Source: Burkholderiales bacterium (GTDB lineage Bacteria; Pseudomonadota; Gammaproteobacteria; Burkholderiales; SG8-39). Taken from it: a stretch of 38,989 nt of DNA. Made by a program: the position numbers and the translations under genes. Positions 32,920 through 38,989 of this stretch are shown here, piece after piece. Under the pieces are notes generated by a model, which did no database searches, was not told the origin of the DNA, and was given only the letters and a program-made list of their open reading frames with translations. The stretch is from positions 1 through 38,989 of the forward strand of contig DATAHF010000187.1 in NCBI GenBank assembly GCA_036263315.1. The letters are read 5' to 3'. The number at the start of each line of letters is the position of its first letter. Positions within the stretch are counted from its first letter, which is position 1.

Positions 32920-33093
32920 AGCGGTGGTCTTCTTCATGAGCTCGCCGGGTGCCGGGTTGGGCGTGCGTTTTCCGGGGCCGAAGTAGAAATTGCGCTCGGC
33001 GGCGAGGATCTCCTCGCGCACGTGCCAGTAGTAGTAATGGCCGAGCGCCAGCGCAAAGAGGACGAAGAGGATCGTGGCGCGCGTGAGGAACAT
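32914..33093 (-). CDS. Small single-TM hypothetical protein (59 aa, below the ORF-track cut-off)
   Basis: ATG 33093 gives MFLTRATILFVLFALALGHYYYWHVREEILAAERNFYFGPGKRTPNPAPGELMKKTTAS*. GC3-rich. Fills an otherwise empty 266-nt gap and overlaps the MBL gene's 3' end by 6 nt. Confidence 0.4.
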   Translation of the reverse strand: MFLTRATILFVLFALALGHYYYWHVREEILAAERNFYFGPGKRTPNPAPGELMKKTTAS

Positions 33094-33157
33094 ATCGGTG
33101 AAATACTACACATCCCGCCGCAAGGCCCCGGTCAGCGAATGTCAGCGTTAATCTCCC

Positions 33158-33176
33158 TGTCAGGGAATTCCTGACA
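33158..33176. promoter_or_regulatory. Operator-like palindrome, with upstream direct half-site repeats
   Basis: TGTCAGG-GAATT-CCTGACA ends 10 nt before ATG 33186. GTCAGCG is repeated at 33131-33137 and 33141-33147. Confidence 0.35.
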
Positions 33177-33185
33177 ACCGATCAC

Positions 33186-34145
33186 ATGAAGCATATCTGG
33201 CGCGCTTTTTCGATCCTGCTGCTCGCCGTCGCGGCCGCGCACGCCCAGCCGGCGCCGGGCAAGCACAGAGTCGGCGTGCTCGTTCCCGCCACCACGCCCG
33301 ACCTGGCGGAGTTTCCCAAGGCCATGAAGCAACTCGGCTACGAAGAGGGCCGCAACCTCACTCTCGATGTGAAGATCGCCGGCGATCGCCTTGACCAGCT
33401 CTCGTCGATGGCGGCCGAGATCGTGCAGGGCTCGCCCGAAGTCATCCTCGCGGTCAACACGCCCGGGACGAAGGCGGCGATGGCCGCGACGAAGTCGATT
33501 CCGATCGTCATGGTCGCGGTGGGCGATCCGGTGGCGACCGGATTCGTGAGCAACCTCGCGCGCCCGGACAGGAACGTCACGGGCGTCACCAACCTTTGCG
33601 GCGAGCTCGCGGGCAAGCGGCTCGCGCTCTTTGGCAAGACGCTGGGCGACGCCCGGCGCGTCGCCATCATGCTCAACCCCGCCGACCCGATCACGGTCCC
33701 GCAGCTGCGCGACATCGAGCGCTCGGCGCCGGCGCTCGGCATCGAGGCGCGCATGTTCCCGGTGCGCACGAAGGCCGATGTCGATGCCGCCGTTCCCGAG
33801 CTGCTCAAGTGGCGCGCCGACGGCGCCCTGTGGCTTTGCGGGCAGCAGCGCGCGCTCACCCGGCACATGCTGCCGCTCGCCTCGCGCCACCGCCTGCCGG
33901 TCATGGTTTACCAGGCGCTCGAGCTGCCGGCGGGCGGGCTCATCTCCTACTCGACCGACAACGCCGGCCTGTACCGCCAGTCGGCGGATTATGTCGACAG
34001 GATCCTGAAGGGCGCGAAAGTGAGCGAGCTGCCGGTGGAGCAGCCGACCAAGTTCGAGCTGGTGGTCAACATGAAGGTGGCCGACGAGCTCAGGCTCACC
34101 ATTCCGCGCAGCGTCCTCGTGCAGGCCGACCGGCTGATCCAATGA
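33186..34145 (+). CDS. ABC-transporter substrate-binding protein (PF04392 'ABC_sub_bind' type), orphan
   Basis: Signal peptide MKHIWRAFSILLLAVAAAHA, then RVGVLVPATTP, ARPDRNVTGV and C-terminal PVEQPTKFELVVNMKVADELRLTIP, typical of this family. No permease or ATPase genes are nearby. Confidence 0.88.
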   Translation: MKHIWRAFSILLLAVAAAHAQPAPGKHRVGVLVPATTPDLAEFPKAMKQLGYEEGRNLTLDVKIAGDRLDQLSSMAAEIVQGSPEVILAVNTPGTKAAMAATKSIPIVMVAVGDPVATGFVSNLARPDRNVTGVTNLCGELAGKRLALFGKTLGDARRVAIMLNPADPITVPQLRDIERSAPALGIEARMFPVRTKADVDAAVPELLKWRADGALWLCGQQRALTRHMLPLASRHRLPVMVYQALELPAGGLISYSTDNAGLYRQSADYVDRILKGAKVSELPVEQPTKFELVVNMKVADELRLTIPRSVLVQADRLIQ

Positions 34146-34930
34146 ACGCCTATCGCGTCCAGGCGTACAACACCGCGCACGACTCGGAGAACAAGATCCA
34201 CGACGACGCGGTCGCGCGCGGCTTCGGCTTCACGGGCGCGCTCGTCCCGGGCGTGGACGTCTATGCCTACATGATGCATCTGCCGGTCGCGCGCTGGGGG
34301 CGCGAATTCCTCGAGCGCGGCGAAACCGAGTGCCGCTTCATGAGCCCGGTCTACGACGGGGAGACGGCCGAGGTGAGCGGGCGCGAGGAGGGCGATGCGC
34401 TTCTGATCGAGGTCGGCTCGCAGGGAAAAAGCTGCGCCACCGGGTCGGCGAGGCTTTCGGAAAAAAAAGTGGAAAGCCTCGAGATTCCCTTTGTGGCCGC
34501 CCCGGCCCTGGAAAATCGCCCCGAAGCCGGTCCGTCGACCCTCGTCCCGGGCCAGGTGCTCGGCACCCAGCTCTTCGAGGCAAGCCGCGCCTTCATGGAC
34601 GGCTACCTGCGCGACGTGCGCGAGACCGACGAGCTGTACCGGCGCGAAGGGCTCGTGCATCCGGGCAACGTGCTGCGCATGTGCAACTTCGCGCTCTTTC
34701 GCAATGTGAGGATGGGGCCGTGGATCCATGTCGGCAGCAAGGTGCGCAACCTCGGCCTTGCGCGCGCGGGCGAGACGCTCGCCGCGCGCTCGCGCGTGCT
34801 CGCCAACTACGAGAAGAAGGGCCACCTCTTCGTGGACCTCGACGTGCTCGTGCTCTCGGGCGAGCGTGCGCTCGCCCGGGTGCTGCACACGGCGATCTAC
34901 CGGCCGCGGCAGGCGGCGCGTGCGGCGTAG
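34142..34930 (+). CDS. MaoC-like (hotdog-fold) dehydratase family protein
   Basis: ATG overlaps the upstream stop (ATGA 34142-34145). N-terminus YNTAHDSENKIHDDAVARGFGFTGALVPG, followed by a second hotdog-like half (VHPGNVLRMCNFAL...GHLFVDLDVLV). Confidence 0.75.
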   Translation: MNAYRVQAYNTAHDSENKIHDDAVARGFGFTGALVPGVDVYAYMMHLPVARWGREFLERGETECRFMSPVYDGETAEVSGREEGDALLIEVGSQGKSCATGSARLSEKKVESLEIPFVAAPALENRPEAGPSTLVPGQVLGTQLFEASRAFMDGYLRDVRETDELYRREGLVHPGNVLRMCNFALFRNVRMGPWIHVGSKVRNLGLARAGETLAARSRVLANYEKKGHLFVDLDVLVLSGERALARVLHTAIYRPRQAARAA

Positions 34931-35807
34931 GGACTTTTTCGGCATCGCCCTGCTGGGACCTCTCGCTTGCTTCGCGGCAAGCGATGCCGCGAACCGCACG
35001 CCGCGCTTCGAGCCGCCGCCGAAAGGCGCCGTGGCGCCGCGCATCGCGCTCGTGCTCGGCTCGGGCGGCCATCGCGGCTTCGCGCACGTCGGGGTGCTCA
35101 AGGCGCTCGCGGAGAACGGCATCCGGCCCGATCTCATCCTCGGCACGAGCATCGGCGCCGTGGTGGGCGCGCTCTACGCGGGCGGCATGAGCGCGACCGA
35201 GCTCGAGCAGCTCGCCTACGACCTGAACATGATGGAGTTCTTCGAGCTGAAGATGCTCTTCGGCAGGACACCGAGCGGGCGCGGCGTGCAGGACTTCGTC
35301 TCCAGGCACGTGCAGGGGCGCCTGATCGAGGAGCTGCGCATTCCGTTCGCCGCGGCGGCGACGCGCGTGCGCGACCACGCGCTCGTGCTCTTCAACCGCG
35401 GCGACACCGGCCTCGCGGTGCGCGCCTCCGCCGCGAGCCCGGACGAATTCGCCCCGGTCGAGATCGGCGGCGAGATGTACATGGACGGCGACGAGGTGAG
35501 CCCGGTGCCGATCCGCGCGGCGCGGCGCCTCGGCGCGCGTGTCGTGATCGCGATCGACGTCTCGGCCTACGCGCAGGAGACGCCCGCCGGCGTGCCGGCG
35601 CGCTGGATCGAGAAGGACGCGCGCCGCGCGAAGCAGATCGCGGCCGAGGCGAGCGCGGCCGACGTGCTCATCCATCCGGACATCGGCTACTACGCGGGGC
35701 GCAACGAAGCCTACCGGCGCCGCGTCATCGCGATCGCCTACCGGGTCACGCGCGAGAAGCTGCCGGCGATCCTCGCGGCGATCGCAAAAGCGGGCGCCGC
35801 AAGGTAG
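34920..35807 (+). CDS. Patatin-like phospholipase, probably lipid-anchored or secreted
   Basis: GxGxxG (LGSGGHRG), the GxSxG nucleophile (GTSIG) and the catalytic DG (MDGD). GTG 34920 gives (M)RRRDFFGIALLGPLAC signal/lipobox-like sequence. Overlaps the MaoC gene by 11 nt. Confidence 0.85.
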   Translation: MRRRDFFGIALLGPLACFAASDAANRTPRFEPPPKGAVAPRIALVLGSGGHRGFAHVGVLKALAENGIRPDLILGTSIGAVVGALYAGGMSATELEQLAYDLNMMEFFELKMLFGRTPSGRGVQDFVSRHVQGRLIEELRIPFAAAATRVRDHALVLFNRGDTGLAVRASAASPDEFAPVEIGGEMYMDGDEVSPVPIRAARRLGARVVIAIDVSAYAQETPAGVPARWIEKDARRAKQIAAEASAADVLIHPDIGYYAGRNEAYRRRVIAIAYRVTREKLPAILAAIAKAGAAR

Positions 35808-35850
35808 GAAGAAGGTCCTGCGGGAAACGCGCCCGGAAAAACGCCCGGGA

Positions 35851-36120
35851 TCAGTCCTGCGGAACTTCGGTCGGTTTCACCTTGCGCTTGGCGGGCTTGG
35901 GCGGCGCGGCCTTGCGCGCGGCGGAGGCGATGCGGCGCAGGTCGGTCATCGCCTTGTCGCAGAGCGCCGCGATCTCCGGCTCGCCCAGGCGCACGGCGTT
36001 GTCCTTCAGCTGGCGCACCTCGATCATGTTCAGCTTCGCGATGCGCTCGGCCGTCCAGGAGGTCGTGCGCGGCAGCTCCGGCGCGGGCGCGGCCGTCCTT
36101 GCCTTGGTGCTCACAGACAA
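35851..36120 (-). CDS. Small hypothetical protein with a Lys/Pro-rich basic tail (start uncertain)
   Basis: Strong GC3 bias through ...TSWTAERIAKLNMIEVRQLKDNAVRLGEPEIAALCDKAMTDL...KPAKRKVKPTEVPQD. The most upstream start is TTG 36120, inside the csp terminator U-tract. Alternatives are GTG 36114 and ATG 36027. Confidence 0.5.
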   Translation of the reverse strand: MSVSTKARTAAPAPELPRTTSWTAERIAKLNMIEVRQLKDNAVRLGEPEIAALCDKAMTDLRRIASAARKAAPPKPAKRKVKPTEVPQD

Positions 36121-36143
36121 AAAAGCCCGCTCGCGCGGGCTTT
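36117..36143 (-). terminator. Rho-independent terminator of cspA
   Basis: On the minus strand: AAAGCCCGC-GCGA-GCGGGCTTT followed by TTTGT. That is a 9-bp stem with a run of six U, starting 21 nt after the csp stop. Confidence 0.75.
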
Positions 36144-36163
36144 CTCCATCGTGAAGACGGCGC

Positions 36164-36367
36164 TCACGCCGGCCTTACGTTGGTGGCGTTGGGGCCCTTG
36201 GCGCCCTGGCCGACTTCGAACTGCACCTTGTCGCCTTCCTTGAGCGACTTGAAGCCGCTGCCCTGGATGGCGGAGAAGTGCACGAACAGATCCTTGCCGC
36301 CGTCGTCCGGAGTGATGAAGCCGAACCCTTTGGCATCGTTGAACCACTTGACCGTACCTTTACTCAT
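36164..36367 (-). CDS. cspA: Cold-shock protein (CspA family)
   Basis: [35 protein letters not shown]... contains the RNP1 (KGFGFI) and RNP2 (VFVHF-type) motifs. 67 aa. Confidence 0.95.
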   Translation of the reverse strand: MSKGTVKWFNDAKGFGFITPDDGGKDLFVHFSAIQGSGFKSLKEGDKVQFEVGQGAKGPNATNVRPA

Positions 36368-36495
36368 CGATATTTCCTTCTAAAACGGAAGAAAAGCCTT
36401 CCGAGCTTGCGGGTACTTCGAGGGAGGAACTACTGATGAGCACTGTAGGGCAGAGCGGACCAGTTATTCTCGCGGCCTGAGAACCAGCGCCTTGT

Positions 36496-36504
36496 ATTTT
36501 AACA
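36496..36504 (-). promoter_or_regulatory. Candidate extended -10 promoter for cspA, giving a ~120-nt 5' UTR
   Basis: Minus strand reads TGTTAAAAT (TGn + TAAAAT) in the only AT-rich patch upstream of csp. A long leader is typical of csp genes. Confidence 0.35.
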
Positions 36505-36514
36505 CGAATCGCGG

Positions 36515-36847
36515 CTAGCGGCGGCCTCTTTGGCGCTGGCGGTCGCGATTCTGCGGCCGATGGCGGTGATTGGGGTTGCCGCCGGGCTTGCCGCCCTGGC
36601 CGCCGCCGCCCGCGTTGTGGCGGTGGTTCTGCCCGCCGCCCTGGCGGTTCTCGTGGCGGATGTTCGGGTCGGGCGCCCCCGCCCGGTTGGCCGAGGCGAG
36701 CGCGATCTCCACCTCGTTCAGCTCGTCCCATTGCGCGTCGGTGCGGTCGCGCTCCGGAATCGCGCGCAGCTCCTGAAGGCGGCGCTGCAGGGGAACGGGC
36801 TGCTCTTGCGGCGGGGGAGGCGGTGCGGGCTGCTGGGGGTCGTCCAT
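36515..36847 (-). CDS. Small hypothetical protein with a poly-Pro N-terminus and a Gly/Asn/His/Arg-rich tail
   Basis: ATG 36847 gives MDDPQQPAPPPPPQEQPVPLQRRLQELRAIPERDRTDAQWDELNEVEIALA...GGGGQGGKPGGNPNHRHRPQNRDRQRQRGRR. GC3-rich. The upstream part of track ORF 36515..36994 looks non-coding. Confidence 0.5.
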   Translation of the reverse strand: MDDPQQPAPPPPPQEQPVPLQRRLQELRAIPERDRTDAQWDELNEVEIALASANRAGAPDPNIRHENRQGGGQNHRHNAGGGGQGGKPGGNPNHRHRPQNRDRQRQRGRR

Positions 36848-37070
36848 GCCGGTCTTTTCGTCCAGTAAAAGTGATGCGCGGCCGCCATGATACGCGAATG
36901 AAAGATTCCGACGGCGGGGCAGCGGATCCGGGAAGTCAAGCTTGGCGCCTTGTAGTGCGGAATGCCTCGGCCTGCCGCCTTCGGGCCACCTCACAATCCC
37001 ATGACGTGCGACTGTTCGCTCGCCCGGTACAGGCCATACTGCTGGCCCTCCCCAAGAAAAACAGGCGGAA

Positions 37071-37337
37071 ATGCAACTTCACCTGATCTGCTACGACCTT
37101 CGTGCGCGGCGCGAAGCCCGCGATTACCAGGGGTTCTGGGAAGAGCTGCGCCGGCTCGGCGCCTTCCGCGGCCTCGACTCGAGCTGGTGGCTCGAGCGCG
37201 ACGACCTCAACAGCGCCGAGTTGCGCGACCGGCTCGGCCGCTTCATCGACGAGGGCGACGGCCTGCTCGTCGTGCGCGTGTCCGACTGGGCGGGGCGCTG
37301 GCTCAAGGCGACCGCCTGCACCCCGGAGGCGGCGTAA
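37071..37337 (+). CDS. Small Cas2-like (ferredoxin-fold) protein, stand-alone
   Basis: 88 aa: MQLHLICYDL..YQGFWEELRRLGAFRGLDSSWWLERDDLNSAELRDRLGRFIDEGDGLLVVRVSD. Length and beta-alpha-beta-beta-alpha-beta residue pattern resemble Cas2. Judged by eye, not by a profile search. Confidence 0.55.
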   Translation: MQLHLICYDLRARREARDYQGFWEELRRLGAFRGLDSSWWLERDDLNSAELRDRLGRFIDEGDGLLVVRVSDWAGRWLKATACTPEAA

Positions 37338-37834
37338 TGGCCCGCCTCGAGAAATTCAACGCCCGCGGCCACAGCGTCCACTACCGGGCGAAAAGCATCG
37401 AGCGCTCGCTCGCCTTCTACGTGCGCCTCGGCTTCCGGATCGATTTCCTCGACTCGCCGGCCTCGGCCCAGGCCTCGATGGGCGACCTGACGCTCTTCCT
37501 CACCCGGCTCCCCGAGTCGGAATGGCACAAGACGCTCGGCAACCGCCGGCACCTGCGGAAGGGGATCGTCATCGACGTGGACGACCTCGAGGCGCACGTC
37601 GAGACGCTGAAGCGGATCGGCTTTCGCTTCCGCAACGACATCGAGCAGGGACCCGCCGGCAAGCGCATGCGGCTGGAGGATCCCGACGGCAATCCGGTCG
37701 AGCTCATCGAGCGCTCGCGCGCGCACGGCGCGGTGCCCGAAGGCGTGGCGGTGCTGACGGGCAGGGCGGCGGCTATGATGTCGGCCGCCCATGACCGGCC
37801 TCTCGCATCTCGATACGCCCTGTCTCGTCGTTGA
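37337..37834 (+). CDS. VOC-family (glyoxalase/bleomycin-resistance fold) protein
   Basis: ATG overlaps the upstream stop (TAATG). SVHYRAKSIERSLAFYVRLGF and RLEDPDGNPVELIE are typical VOC beta-alpha-beta-beta-beta modules. The 3' end overlaps the next gene by 44 nt. Confidence 0.8.
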   Translation: MARLEKFNARGHSVHYRAKSIERSLAFYVRLGFRIDFLDSPASAQASMGDLTLFLTRLPESEWHKTLGNRRHLRKGIVIDVDDLEAHVETLKRIGFRFRNDIEQGPAGKRMRLEDPDGNPVELIERSRAHGAVPEGVAVLTGRAAAMMSAAHDRPLASRYALSRR

Positions 37835-38891
37835 CCGCGACAAGGTCGAAGCCAATGCCGCGCGCCTGAAGGCGCACCTGAGGAAGCTCGGCGTGCCGCT
37901 CAGGCTGCACGTCAAGACCGCCAAGTCCCTCGAAGCAGTCGCGCTCGTCCTCGAGGGCAAAAAAGACCCGATCACCGTCTCCACGCTCAAGGAGGCGGAG
38001 CAGTTCTTCGAGGGCGGCTACAAGGACATCCTCTACGCGGTCGGCTTCGCGCCCGGCAAGCTCGAGCGCGCCCGCGCGCTGCAGAAGCGCGGCTGCAAGC
38101 TCACGCTCCTCACCGACTCGGTCGACACCGCGCGCGCGATCAGCGGCTTTCCGGTCGCGATCGAGATCGACACCGATGGGCACCGCGCCGGCATCAAGCC
38201 CGAGGGCAAGGAGCTCATCCCCGTCGCCAAGGCGCTTCGCGAATCCGGCAATACCGTCGCCGGCGTCCTCACCCACGCCGGCGCCTCCTACGACCTGAAC
38301 ACCCCCGAAGCCGTGCGCGCCATGGCCGAGAAAGAGCGCTCCGGCGCCGTGCGCGCCGCCCAGCGCCTTCGAGATGCGGGCTTCGACGCGCCCATGGTCA
38401 GCGTCGGCTCCACGCCCACCGCGCACGCGGCCGAAAACCTCGACGGCGTCACCGAAGTCCGCGCCGGCGTCTTCGTCTTCTTCGACCTCGTCATGGCCGG
38501 CACCGGCGTGTGCAAGGTCGAAGACATCGCGCTCTCCGTCCTCGCGCCGGTGATCGGGCACCAAAGAGAAAAGAACTGGATCCTCATCGACGCGGGCTGG
38601 ATGGCGCTCTCACGCGATCGCGGCACCGCAAAGCAGCGCGTCGACCATGGCTACGGCCTAGTCTGCGACGACGACGGAAAGCCCATTCCCGACCTGATCG
38701 TCTCCGACACCAACCAGGAGCACGGCATCGTTAGCCGCCGAGGAGGCGGGCCCGTGCCCGAGATGCCCGTCGGCACGCTCTTGCGCATCCTTCCCAACCA
38801 TGCCTGCGCAACCGCGGCGCAGCACGATCACTACCACGTGCTCTCGCGCGGCGCCGCGCTTACGAGCTGGGAGCGGTTCGGGGGGTGGTAG
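37791..38891 (+). CDS. DSD1-family PLP-dependent enzyme (D-serine dehydratase / D-threonine aldolase-like, alanine-racemase N-domain fold)
   Basis: DTPCLVVDRDKVEANAARL, a PLP-lysine segment LRLHVKTAKS, TDGHRAG, and C-terminal NQEHG...ILPNHACATAAQHD typical of the family. Confidence 0.88.
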   Translation: MTGLSHLDTPCLVVDRDKVEANAARLKAHLRKLGVPLRLHVKTAKSLEAVALVLEGKKDPITVSTLKEAEQFFEGGYKDILYAVGFAPGKLERARALQKRGCKLTLLTDSVDTARAISGFPVAIEIDTDGHRAGIKPEGKELIPVAKALRESGNTVAGVLTHAGASYDLNTPEAVRAMAEKERSGAVRAAQRLRDAGFDAPMVSVGSTPTAHAAENLDGVTEVRAGVFVFFDLVMAGTGVCKVEDIALSVLAPVIGHQREKNWILIDAGWMALSRDRGTAKQRVDHGYGLVCDDDGKPIPDLIVSDTNQEHGIVSRRGGGPVPEMPVGTLLRILPNHACATAAQHDHYHVLSRGAALTSWERFGGW

Positions 38892-38989
38892 CTAAGCGCG
38901 TTTCCTTGACGCAACAGCTCCCCATATAAAGAGCACCACGAGCGCGCCCACGATCGCGCCGATCAGCCCGGCGCCTTCGCCGGGGCGAT
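38892..38989 (-). CDS. GlsB/YeaQ/YmgE-family (transglycosylase-associated) stress membrane protein, C-terminal fragment
   Basis: The minus-strand frame reads ...GEGAGLIGAIVGALVVLFIWGAVASRKRA* with stop at 38892-38894. The 5' end lies outside the window. Confidence 0.6.
   Translation of the reverse strand, partial: RPGEGAGLIGAIVGALVVLFIWGAVASRKRA

Noticed and set aside
36823-37086. 87-aa plus-strand ORF, and upstream part of minus ORF 36515..36994, in the 223-nt divergent intergenic region
   Set aside because: Poor codon bias and no RBS, and they overlap the likely divergent promoter region between the 110-aa gene and the Cas2-like gene. No recognisable ncRNA motif was seen either.
1-38989. 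Window-wide look for tRNA/rRNA genes, CRISPR arrays, IS elements, integrases and prophage or defence-island hallmarks
   Set aside because: None found. There are no T-loop/acceptor-like tRNA signatures, no regularly spaced repeats and no transposase- or recombinase-like ORFs. The AT-rich patches coincide with signal-peptide coding regions, promoters or the csp leader. A proper tRNAscan, Infernal and CRISPR-finder run would be the decisive check.

Overview
Very GC-rich bacterial chromosomal segment (third codon positions are almost always G/C), tightly packed with about 53 protein-coding genes on both strands. I saw no rRNA, tRNA, CRISPR array, transposase, integrase or phage genes. Gene content suggests a Burkholderiales-type betaproteobacterium or a similar soil proteobacterium; this is inference only. 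It includes two orphan Bug/TctC binding proteins, an orphan PF04392-type ABC binding protein, a CaiB CoA-transferase/crotonase module, AsmA, CspA, Fe-SOD, ArfB, a PQQ sugar dehydrogenase with a dihaem cytochrome c, an epoxide hydrolase, and TauD, patatin and tannase-family enzymes. Many long ORFs in the supplied track are antisense or out-of-frame shadows typical of GC-rich DNA, or run through an upstream gene in another frame, so I trimmed them to the part with recognisable protein signatures. Most of the window is ordinary core or accessory metabolism, and I cannot demonstrate a new system from sequence alone. The candidates most worth a second look are: (1) a near-consensus sigma-54 promoter in front of a secreted, cysteine-free His/Asp/Arg repeat protein of no family I recognise, sitting next to sodB, which is coupled to a secreted EF-hand protein; (2) a stand-alone Cas2-like 88-aa protein translationally coupled to a VOC-fold protein and a DSD1-type PLP enzyme, with no cas1 or array; (3) an orphan ParB/Srx-fold protein with a highly basic tail; (4) a receiver-PAS regulator next to a NodC/HAS-like processive glycosyltransferase; (5) a frameshifted relic of a DUF1080 lipoprotein gene that keeps a strong RBS and signal peptide; (6) three secreted EF-hand proteins within 17 kb. 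All start codons, promoters and hairpins were read by eye and need computational or experimental confirmation.
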